A stretch of DNA of 9,351 nt from a virus (taxonomy: Duplodnaviria; Heunggongvirae; Uroviricota; Caudoviricetes): IMG/VR virus record IMGVR_UViG_2713896779_000023, one strand, 5' to 3'. Shown one piece after another: positions 1 through 6,358 of this stretch. The notes below the pieces were generated by a model. It was not told the DNA's origin, did no database searches, and worked only from the letters and a program-made list of their open reading frames with translations. Each line of letters begins with the position of its first letter. Position 1 is the stretch's first letter. The position numbers and the translations under genes were made by a program.

Positions 1-326
1 AGGGCGTTGCAGCGGGGTTGTCACTTAAGCGTATGGTCAACCTGACAACCCGGTGTCCTCAATGGGGAAGGAATAACCCCGCCATACTTACCGCCGCGCC
101 ATTTCGCGGAGTGCCACAACCGGAAGCGCACGTTCGAAGAAATCTAACGACAAGCCTTCTAAGGGAAAGAGCTTCGCCGTACGCTTTCGCGTTATGCACT
201 GACTTTTCAGGGAAATATCCTTTCAGTAAACTGTCAGTACCGGATTCTTATCCGTGTCCGGCGCACGACCACACGTGACAGCGTGTTGGTCTCCATTTTT
301 AACCCAGAACCTCAATGGAGGATAAA

Positions 327-536
327 ATGCCAAACAAAAAAAGAAATCCGCTTATTGAAAAACAGATTGAATGCCTGGTAAATCAACTCAGGCAATCAGG
401 GTTATTAAAAACTCATTCAGAGTTGAGGCTCACAGAATCAGCATTCGACGATAAATTAAATAATGTCCTTTATAATGGCATTATTGATTTTAATCGTTCT
501 GTTGGTCGCCGCGGCCCTGCTGGTGTTTCCTTATAA
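327..536 (+). CDS. hypothetical small protein, 69 aa from the second ATG (ORF-track start is 315)
   Basis: GGAGG at 317-321 lies 5 nt before ATG 327. The gene is AT-rich, and its TAA stop (534-536) directly abuts the stop of the convergent minus-strand gene (TAATTA). No recognisable motif. Confidence 0.4.
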   Translation: MPNKKRNPLIEKQIECLVNQLRQSGLLKTHSELRLTESAFDDKLNNVLYNGIIDFNRSVGRRGPAGVSL

Positions 537-1175
537 TTACCAGTCAATCCAGAGTGGACCGTGTTCAGCGTAAATATAACTGTACACATCCAGATTATAT
601 TTGTGGTCTGTTAAGAACAGGCCGCAAATACATGCCGAAGCTTCCAGTGCAGCGGCTCTGTTACTGAATAACCATGTAGCAACATTCCAGCGTTTTTCTG
701 CATCCCAGTCTTTCTCAAGGCCTGATACCATGAAGAAACCGTTAGTGTTGCCATCAAATAATTCTGTTTCCAAATTTTTAAGCAATGCCTGATGGACTCT
801 TGCCAGGTATTCCGCCGGAATTTCGCCACGAATTCTGATGAGATTGTCATAAACAAACATGTTCCCCGCATATGGCGATTTTTCTTTCTTGTTTTTTAAA
901 CCAGCATCATGAGCAAACTGATCAATTTCTTCTTCCGTTGGTTTCGTATTGATGTTTTGCGCTGTCGTTTCTGCAATTTTATTTGCCACACTCTCTGAGT
1001 CGTGTTTATTTATAGACGCACAGAAATACAATCCGGTAAACGCATCGCGCACATTACGAGCCATATTATCAGTGTCTTTTTTCGTTACCGATTCCAATTC
1101 AAGTTCGTTCAGACGATGACGAAGTGTGTGTGCTGCAATCTCCTGGATTGAAGGAGGTAAATCTTTAAATTCCAT
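537..1175 (-). CDS. hypothetical protein Y, 212 aa (216 aa if the upstream ATG at 1187 is used); second gene of a two-gene module downstream of the cI-like repressor
   Basis: Long minus-strand ORF in the track. GAGG at 1182-1185 sits 6 nt before the ATG at 1175. The translation is protein-like (mixed charged and hydrophobic) but I recognise no family. Composition is AT-rich relative to the replication genes. Confidence 0.65.
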   Translation of the reverse strand: MEFKDLPPSIQEIAAHTLRHRLNELELESVTKKDTDNMARNVRDAFTGLYFCASINKHDSESVANKIAETTAQNINTKPTEEEIDQFAHDAGLKNKKEKSPYAGNMFVYDNLIRIRGEIPAEYLARVHQALLKNLETELFDGNTNGFFMVSGLEKDWDAEKRWNVATWLFSNRAAALEASACICGLFLTDHKYNLDVYSYIYAEHGPLWIDW

Positions 1176-1186
1176 CGTCAACCTCA

Positions 1187-1411
1187 TCAGTCAGTGTTTC
1201 TGGCTAACCAGCGACGCGCGCCAGCTTCAGTTTTAAACGTTTTGCTTTTGGTATACGTCATCGCGGTGAACGTACCGTCCTGGTTGGGGAACACGCCACA
1301 TACCAGAGATTCGTTGTTGCCAAGATTGAGCGTATCCATGTTGACCTCATTTCCCCTTAACGCCGGGGTAGCGGAACAAAAACCTGCTGCATAGTTATTA
1401 AAGTTGAACCC
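1187..1411 (-). CDS. hypothetical protein X, partial (5' end lies in or beyond the N run 1412-1461); first gene of the module
   Basis: The minus-strand frame is open from the gap edge (1411) to TGA at 1187-1189, which overlaps the ATG at 1185-1187 of the next gene (TGATG). Hand translation gives ...GFNFNNYAAGFCSATPALRGNEVNMDTLNLGNNESLVCGVFPNQDGTFTAMTYTKSKTFKTEAGARRWLARNTD. There is an internal ATG at 1337-1339 with GAGG 5 nt upstream. It is absent from the ORF track only because it is short or interrupted. Confidence 0.45.
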   Translation of the reverse strand, partial: GFNFNNYAAGFCSATPALRGNEVNMDTLNLGNNESLVCGVFPNQDGTFTAMTYTKSKTFKTEAGARRWLARNTD

Positions 1412-1461
1412 NNNNNNNNNNNNNNNNNNNNNNNNNNNNNNNNNNNNNNNNNNNNNNNNNN
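1412..1461. other. run of 50 N (masked or unresolved sequence)
   Basis: Literal n characters; interrupts gene X. Confidence 1.
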
Positions 1462-1667
1462 TACGCCTCGGGCTGGCTACTTAACCCCTGACCACTGCCT
1501 GGTAACTCGAAGTATTGCCCTGCATTCTGTGGGGCGGGGTGAGGGAATGAATGAAGTTTAGAAAAACGAACATTTAAGGTCAATGTTTTTTTATCAAAAC
1601 ATTTTAAGCAGGCAGCTGTTACGCCATCACTACGATGGCATACAGTTAATCAAATAGATGAGGTTGG

Positions 1668-2306
1668 TTAAATATCTTGTTGAATTTTAAAGCATACTCC
1701 CAATATGCAAGATAGATCATCCAGCATAATTGAAGGGTAGCGAGGATTCGTGGGGACTAAAAGAATATCCGGCCCTTCTATCTCCAGTTTGCGAATGACA
1801 GGCGTTGTGGTCCCTTTGGGTAAGGCAAGGACAATATTTCCTGGTTGTACGATTCGATCGGGATCAACAAAAACTGTTGAACCATTTGGGATGGAAACTC
1901 CACCACCAGATGTCGACATACTGTCACTCTCTAGAACAACAGCAAAGGTATTGGCCGGGATTTCTCCGACAAGCTGCACACAAGAGGTTATTGAGGAATT
2001 TTTCATATAATCACTCCAGCTTGCTGCCTGCTGAAGTGATAGTAGCGGAACCGTTTTTATCGGCGGTAAAGATAGATCAAGCGAATCACCTGTATTTAAC
2101 TCTCCTCCATTAAGAAGCCAATTTTCGTTTACTTTCAATATCTTTGCCAGTGAACTTATGTAACGCGAGGACGGCGCTCCTCCACCGTTCATCCATTGAC
2201 TTACGGAGCCTTTTGATGCGCCAGTGGCATTGACAAGGTCTTTGCCTTTCAAGTTTAGCGCATGCATACGTTGGGTTATGCGTTCAGATATTGTTTGCTT
2301 GTTCAT
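1668..2306 (-). CDS. cI-like prophage repressor (N-terminal XRE-type HTH, C-terminal S24 LexA-like autopeptidase)
   Basis: 212-aa ORF. The N-terminus has an HTH pattern (GKDLVNATGASKGSVSQWMNG). The C-terminus has the Ser...Lys signature of S24 peptidases (ESDSMS ... PVIRKL). It is transcribed divergently from a cro-like gene. No SD precedes the ATG at 2306, consistent with a leaderless PRM-type transcript. Confidence 0.85.
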   Translation of the reverse strand: MNKQTISERITQRMHALNLKGKDLVNATGASKGSVSQWMNGGGAPSSRYISSLAKILKVNENWLLNGGELNTGDSLDLSLPPIKTVPLLSLQQAASWSDYMKNSSITSCVQLVGEIPANTFAVVLESDSMSTSGGGVSIPNGSTVFVDPDRIVQPGNIVLALPKGTTTPVIRKLEIEGPDILLVPTNPRYPSIMLDDLSCILGVCFKIQQDI

Positions 2307-2397
2307 GTTTTGATTTTAAAACACAGATGGTTTTGTTTCTTGACTTTCTTTGGTTTTGATTATTAAACTTTTGGCGTTCAGTTTTATGGAGCGACTC
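2307..2397. promoter_or_regulatory. divergent promoter/operator region between the cI-like and cro-like genes
   Basis: Three direct repeats (TGTTTTG at 2306-2312, GGTTTTG at 2329-2335 and 2352-2358) spaced about 23 bp apart. Inverted repeat TGTTTT-N6-AAAACA at 2306-2323. Rightward -35 TTGACT at 2340-2345 with AT-rich -10-like hexamers (TATTAA/TAAACT) at 2361-2369. Leftward -10-like TAAAAT (minus strand, 2318-2313) ends 6 nt before the cI ATG. Confidence 0.5.
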
Positions 2398-2640
2398 ATG
2401 AAAAAATCAGAAGTATTAGGCTATTTTGGCGGAGTTGTTAAAACAGCCGCCGCTCTAGGAACGTCAAAAACCACAGTCAGCATGTGGGGGGAAGACGTTC
2501 CGTGGAAATGGGCGTTGCTAATTCAGGCAGTCACTGCCGGGGCGCTCAAATATGAGTTACACATACCGACGGTTGTCATTCCCGATTCTGATCATAATCC
2601 GCCTTCTAACCAAGGGGGGATTCATGAAAATCAAGCATGA
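2398..2640 (+). CDS. Cro/YdaS-like small HTH regulator (80 aa from ATG 2398; ORF-track start 2350 is probably too far upstream)
   Basis: GGAG at 2388-2391 lies 6 nt before ATG 2398. HTH-like segment VVKTAAALGTSKTTVSMW. Position and orientation match cro. Overlaps the next gene by 17 nt. Confidence 0.7.
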   Translation: MKKSEVLGYFGGVVKTAAALGTSKTTVSMWGEDVPWKWALLIQAVTAGALKYELHIPTVVIPDSDHNPPSNQGGIHENQA

Positions 2641-3049
2641 ACACATCCGCATGGCGATGAATGCCTGGGCGCGTCCTGATGGCGAAAAAGTTCCGGCAGC
2701 TGGAATAACCCAGGCTTATTTTGAGTTGGGTATGACGTTTCCTGAACTGTACGACGACAGCCATCCGGAAGCCCTGGCTCGCAATACCCAGAAAATTTTC
2801 CGCTGGATAGAGAAAGACACCCCTGATGCAGTTGAAAAAATGCAGGCTCTGTTACCGGCGATCGAAAAGGCAATGCCGCCTCTGCTGGTGGCCCGTATGC
2901 GCAGTCACAGCTCTGAATATTACCGTGAGATCGTCGAACGGAGGGATCGGCTGGTGAAAGATGTGGATGATTTTGTCGCAGCGGCGATCGCCTGGGGCAC
3001 CCTGACTAACAGTGGGGGGCAGCCTGGTAATGCTGTTGTCGTGCATTGA
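2624..3049 (+). CDS. YdaT-like protein at the cII position (141 aa)
   Basis: AGGGGGG at 2612-2618 precedes ATG 2624. The N-terminus MKIKHEHI matches my recollection of the Rac prophage YdaT family. It follows a YdaS/Cro-like gene. Confidence 0.6.
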   Translation: MKIKHEHIRMAMNAWARPDGEKVPAAGITQAYFELGMTFPELYDDSHPEALARNTQKIFRWIEKDTPDAVEKMQALLPAIEKAMPPLLVARMRSHSSEYYREIVERRDRLVKDVDDFVAAAIAWGTLTNSGGQPGNAVVVH

Positions 3050-3117
3050 CCAACAATATTCATGCCGGATTTCTTCCGGATGTTCGAGGGTAAAGTTCGG
3101 TATCAGAAGAGGTGAGT

Positions 3118-4185
3118 ATGGCTAATGCCTGGCTCAGATTGTGGCATGACATGCCAAATGACCCCAAGTGGCGAACGATTGCCAGGGTATCAGGACAGCC
3201 AATCGCAACAGTGATGGCAGTGTATATCCATCTTCTGGTGAGTGCGTCACGAAATGTCACGACATGTCACGGCGTGTCACTACGTGGTCACATTGATGTC
3301 ACGACGGAAGATTTAGCAAGTGCGCTTGATGTGACGGAAGACGTAATTGATTCAATTTTGCATGCAATGCAGGGGCGGGTTCTGGATGGTGACCTTATTT
3401 CCGGATGGGAAAAACGTCAGGTGCTGAAAGAGGACAATGGTAACGTTTCGCAAACGGCAAAATCCCCGGCAGAGCGCAAGAGAGCGCAGCGGGAGCGGGA
3501 AAAGCTGCGGAAACATAATGCTGATTGTCACGATGAGTCACGACGTGTCACGCATCTGTCACGACAAGTCACGACAGATAAAGATACAGATAAAGATACA
3601 GATAAAGATACAGATAAAGATACAGATACAGAATTAAACCCCACACATAACGCGCGCGAGAGTATTCCGACCAGTGAGTCGAATGGTGCGCCGTTGCAGA
3701 CAGCCGAACCTGAATACCTGGACGGCCTGAGCGAACCGATCGGGAAATTTCCGATGACTACTGTCTGGCAGCCGTCGCCGGATTTTCGACAACGGGCAGC
3801 AGTGTGGGGTATGGCTCTGCCTGAGCCGGAATTTACACCTGCTGAGCTTGCCGCATTCCGGGATTACTGGATGGCGGAGGGGAAGGTTTTCACGCAGGTT
3901 CAGTGGGAGCAGAAATTTGCCCGCCACGTGCAGCACGTCAGGGCACAGGTAAAACCAGTCAGCAAGGGGGGAAGCCATGCAGCATCAGGTGGCACGGCAT
4001 CACGGGCAGTTCAGGAAATCCGGGCTGCACGCGAACAGTGGGAACGTGACAACGGATTTATCAGCAACGGAAACGGCCTGGAAGCTGTGGGAGCTCATGG
4101 GGGAGGTGTATTCGAACCGCTGGACTCAGAAGAACGGGGCCGCACCTTCGAAGCTCTGGATTGCCCAGATTGGTGCGATGACTGA
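3118..4185 (+). CDS. replication initiator (lambda-O-like role) with internal iterons and a (DKDT)n linker
   Basis: GAGG at 3109-3112 lies 5 nt before ATG 3118. The gene sits immediately upstream of a P-like gene. It contains two clusters of about 10-bp-periodic GTCACGAC repeats and a 12-bp tandem repeat, an architecture like ori-lambda inside O. The N-terminal sequence is not obviously lambda O, so the family is uncertain. Confidence 0.7.
   Translation: MANAWLRLWHDMPNDPKWRTIARVSGQPIATVMAVYIHLLVSASRNVTTCHGVSLRGHIDVTTEDLASALDVTEDVIDSILHAMQGRVLDGDLISGWEKRQVLKEDNGNVSQTAKSPAERKRAQREREKLRKHNADCHDESRRVTHLSRQVTTDKDTDKDTDKDTDKDTDTELNPTHNARESIPTSESNGAPLQTAEPEYLDGLSEPIGKFPMTTVWQPSPDFRQRAAVWGMALPEPEFTPAELAAFRDYWMAEGKVFTQVQWEQKFARHVQHVRAQVKPVSKGGSHAASGGTASRAVQEIRAAREQWERDNGFISNGNGLEAVGAHGGGVFEPLDSEERGRTFEALDCPDWCDD
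3244..3308. repeat. iteron cluster 1: about 6 copies of (T)GTCACGAC-like motif at roughly 10-bp spacing
   Basis: cgtcacga 3245-3252, tgtcacgac 3255-3263, tgtcacgg 3265-3272, tgtcact 3275-3281, ggtcaca 3285-3291, tgtcacgac 3298-3306. Confidence 0.6.
3526..3576. repeat. iteron cluster 2: 5 copies of (T)GTCACGAC at 10-11-bp spacing; candidate replication origin
   Basis: tgtcacga 3527-3534, gtcacgac 3538-3545, tgtcacg 3547-3553, tgtcacgac 3557-3565, gtcacgac 3568-3575; immediately followed by an A-rich tandem repeat. Confidence 0.65.
3577..3630. repeat. perfect 12-bp tandem repeat GATAAAGATACA x4 plus a partial GATACA
   Basis: Read directly from the sequence; encodes DKDTDKDTDKDTDKDTDT inside the initiator gene. 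Confidence 0.9.
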
Positions 4186-4639
4186 ACAGCAAATCCGTCT
4201 GGTGTGCCGTCAGTGCATGGACCGCTGCCGGGCGGGTGAAACGTGGCCCCCGGACCTGGCTGAGTTTGTTGCGCTGATTTCGGAGAGTGGGGCAAATCCA
4301 TTTGGTCTTACGGTGGATGCCGTGATGGAAGAGTACCGGCGCTGGCGCAATGAATCCTGGCGATACGACGGGAGTGATAAATACCCGTGGCCACAGCCTG
4401 TGCTGTACCACATCTGCCTCGAAATGCGTACCAGAGGGATTGAGCGCCAGATGACGCAAGGTGAGTTAAAACGACTTGCGGAACGGCAACTGACGAAATG
4501 GGCAAAGCATGTTGGTAACGGGATGAGTGTTCCGCCAGTGCGACGACAACTGGAAGGGGCGAAACACCCGCAAGGGCCAACGCCAATTGAACGGCTGAAA
4601 CAGGAATACGAACGCCGGAAGGCAGCTGGTTTTATTTGA
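3977..4639 (+). CDS. lambda-P-like replication protein (helicase loader); start uncertain (3977, 4097 or 4178)
   Basis: By-eye similarity to lambda P in several blocks (ETWPPDLAEFVAL, YPWPQPVLYHICLEMRTRG, GELKRLAERQLTKWAKHVGNG). AAGGGGGG at 3964-3971 lies 5 nt before ATG 3977. Overlaps the initiator gene in a different frame. Confidence 0.7.
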   Translation: MQHQVARHHGQFRKSGLHANSGNVTTDLSATETAWKLWELMGEVYSNRWTQKNGAAPSKLWIAQIGAMTEQQIRLVCRQCMDRCRAGETWPPDLAEFVALISESGANPFGLTVDAVMEEYRRWRNESWRYDGSDKYPWPQPVLYHICLEMRTRGIERQMTQGELKRLAERQLTKWAKHVGNGMSVPPVRRQLEGAKHPQGPTPIERLKQEYERRKAAGFI

Positions 4640-4672
4640 ATCTGAGAAACGATTTTGTCGGAGGAAATATTA

Positions 4673-5389
4673 ATGGAAACCGTATTTGACGCACTGAAAG
4701 CACTGAAAAAAGCCTCTTCACAGGTAGTGGCATCGCGCCTTGGAATCAGCCGCGAAGATGCTGTCAACGAACTGTGGAAACTGAAGCGCCGTGGTGAAGC
4801 GGATAACAAGGGGTCGATGTGGTGGCTGACTCAGACTGGTGAAAGTGAACCAGTGTCACCGGTACCGAAAGTGACAGCGCAAATGCTGACTGAGGCGATT
4901 GAACATCATGGCCCACAAACGGCGGATGAGCTGGCACTGATGTTCGGGATTACCTCCCGCCGGGCGAATTCATCACTGGCCATGGCAATCAGCAAAGGGC
5001 GTCTGATTCGCGTGAATCAGGGCGGTAAATTTCGGTACTGCATACCGGGCGCTGATTTACCGGCAGAGCCGAAAGCCGCATCCATAACGGAAACGGATGG
5101 TAAAGCCTTTCCTCAGCCAGCAGGTGTTGCGTTACCAGTCGGGGAAGCGGAAACACAGGAAGAAATAAAAACGGAAAGTGTGGCGGTCACAGTGCAGTCA
5201 CAGCCGTCGTTCACCAGAAAGCATCCGGATGGTCTGATTTTACCATCGCTGCATGTGGCTAACCGCGAGCTGCGCCGGGCAAAAGGTCAGGTTCAGAAGT
5301 GGGAGCGAGTCTGCGCCGCGCTGCGGGAGCTGAACAAGTGCCGGGATATTCTCCGGGATATTACCGCCACCAGAGAACAGCAGCGGTGA
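4673..5389 (+). CDS. hypothetical protein with two winged-helix-like segments (238 aa from ATG 4673; ORF-track start 4655 is TTG)
   Basis: GGAGG at 4659-4663 lies 9 nt before ATG 4673. HTH-like segments [17 protein letters not shown] and [19 protein letters not shown]. Function unknown. Confidence 0.6.
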   Translation: METVFDALKALKKASSQVVASRLGISREDAVNELWKLKRRGEADNKGSMWWLTQTGESEPVSPVPKVTAQMLTEAIEHHGPQTADELALMFGITSRRANSSLAMAISKGRLIRVNQGGKFRYCIPGADLPAEPKAASITETDGKAFPQPAGVALPVGEAETQEEIKTESVAVTVQSQPSFTRKHPDGLILPSLHVANRELRRAKGQVQKWERVCAALRELNKCRDILRDITATREQQR

Positions 5390-5703
5390 GTGGGTGGAAG
5401 ACGTGGTGCCGGGCGGAAATCATGATACTCCGGCAGTGTGCGGGAACGATGAAGGTAAAAAGCGTTGGCGCACTTATCGGACGAACTGAAGCGGCAGTGA
5501 GAACGAAGGCACGGGAGCTGGGCATCAGCATGATGTTACGTGGTGATTTTCACCCGTCGGCAAAATATTCTCAGCGTGATATTGAGCTGGCGCGGCAACT
5601 GCATCAGAGAGGCATGCAAAGAAGGGAAATTGCCAGAAAATTAGGCATGCCGCTGCGCATAGTGAATAACTACGTTTATTTCGACAGGAGGGTGTCTGCG
5701 TGA
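5386..5703 (+). CDS. small HTH DNA-binding protein; start ambiguous (GTG 5386, ATG 5422 or ATG 5449)
   Basis: GTG 5386 overlaps the upstream stop (GTGA). HTH-like segment [19 protein letters not shown]. All candidate starts have weak SD sequences. Confidence 0.5.
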   Translation: MSGWKTWCRAEIMILRQCAGTMKVKSVGALIGRTEAAVRTKARELGISMMLRGDFHPSAKYSQRDIELARQLHQRGMQRREIARKLGMPLRIVNNYVYFDRRVSA

Positions 5704-5927
5704 AAATCCTGTATCAGGATTACGGCCCGGTGGGGCAGGTGGTTATCAGCAGTACTGTAATGGAGTTTCGGAAGCATAACCGTGTGGTGGATGCTGTGCT
5801 GTTAACCTGTCCGGGGATATCGGCGAGTCGTGCAGGTGTGTTTATTATGAAGACGAAATTATATGGCAGTAAGGCGTGGATAAAGAAGGCGTATCGTGTA
5901 GCGTTGCAGGAGGTTAACAGTGAGTGA
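5700..5927 (+). CDS. hypothetical protein (75 aa)
   Basis: GTG start at 5700 overlaps the upstream stop (GTGA), suggesting translational coupling. No recognised motif. Confidence 0.5.
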   Translation: MKILYQDYGPVGQVVISSTVMEFRKHNRVVDAVLLTCPGISASRAGVFIMKTKLYGSKAWIKKAYRVALQEVNSE

Positions 5928-6231
5928 AATTAAAGAAATGCCGGTAGTTCGTGACGGATATGGCTACTGGACACATCCTGAATATGAAAAATTCTGTGAT
6001 GGTCGGGAATATATTTCAACGGAAGAGTTTAACGCCTGGATGGAGGAAAATAATCTTCAATACGTCCTCTGCTTCAGAGATGAAGGATGTGCTGACCTTG
6101 ATGCGTGTGATGCTGATATTTCTGCATGGGAACCGGAACGACCAGAGGGCGATGGCTGGTTTATTGGTTCCATTCATGATACGGAAGATGGCCCGGTTTG
6201 TGTCTGGTTGCGAAATAAGGCTGAAGCATAA
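5920..6231 (+). CDS. hypothetical acidic protein (103 aa)
   Basis: AGGAGG at 5907-5912 lies 7 nt before GTG 5920; overlaps the upstream stop; acidic, Trp-rich; no recognised motif. Confidence 0.6.
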   Translation: MSEIKEMPVVRDGYGYWTHPEYEKFCDGREYISTEEFNAWMEENNLQYVLCFRDEGCADLDACDADISAWEPERPEGDGWFIGSIHDTEDGPVCVWLRNKAEA

Positions 6232-6335
6232 AGGCGATAAACCAACTAACAACTAAATACTGAAGATTTAAATCAGAAACGATTTTTATTAAATCCTTAA
6301 CCGGAGGGATTCCTGCACCCTCAGAACATCAGGAG

Positions 6336-6353
6336 GCCGCCCGAAAGGGCGGT
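6336..6353 (+). promoter_or_regulatory. GC hairpin with GAAA tetraloop placed between the SD and the start codon of the next gene
   Basis: CCGCCC (6337-6342), GAAA loop, GGGCGG (6347-6352). AGGAGG at 6331-6336 and ATG at 6359, so the linear spacing of 22 nt would shrink to a functional distance if the hairpin forms. Confidence 0.4.
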
Positions 6354-6358
6354 AAGAA

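Noticed and set aside
18-278. Plus-strand ORF of 86 aa at the window start
   Set aside because: The translation is rich in Pro, Arg and Cys with no SD and is not protein-like; treated as noncoding.
601-871. ORFs 601..792 (+) and 611..871 (-) inside gene Y
   Set aside because: Fully nested shadow ORFs in alternative frames of a longer, better-supported gene.
1194-1394. Plus-strand ORF of 66 aa
   Set aside because: Antisense to the open minus-strand frame of gene X, which has a coupled stop/start with gene Y and a good internal RBS.
1398-1583. Minus-strand ORF spanning the N run
   Set aside because: The frame is carried across 50 N of unknown true length, the start is TTG with no SD, and the translated part is low-complexity. 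The real N-terminus of gene X cannot be determined.
1568-1595. Possible intrinsic terminator after the cI-like gene (AACATT / AATGTT stem with flanking T and A runs)
   Set aside because: The stem is almost entirely A-T and only 6 bp, too weak to call. A nearby GC hairpin (1623-1639) lacks a U tract.
1750-2113. Plus-strand ORFs 1750..2010 and 1805..2113
   Set aside because: Shadow ORFs antisense to the cI-like repressor gene.
2631-3260. Minus-strand ORFs 2631..2873, 2852..3046 and 3060..3260
   Set aside because: Antisense shadows of the YdaT-like gene and the initiator gene start region; no RBS.
3437-4809. ORFs 3437..3637 (+), 3634..3978 (-), 4061..4459 (-), 4095..4301 (-), 4210..4809 (-) and 4308..4586 (-)
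   Set aside because: Alternative-frame or antisense ORFs inside the initiator and P-like genes; translations are low-complexity (Arg/Ser/Pro-rich), typical of the GC-rich opposite strand.
5299-5385. ATG at 5299 as the start of the small HTH gene
   Set aside because: It lies 90 nt inside the upstream gene with no SD. Starts at 5386, 5422 or 5449 are more plausible, though none is well supported.
5951-6256. ORFs 5951..6256 (+) and 6016..6252 (-)
   Set aside because: Overlapping shadows of the 5920..6231 gene, which has a strong AGGAGG RBS.
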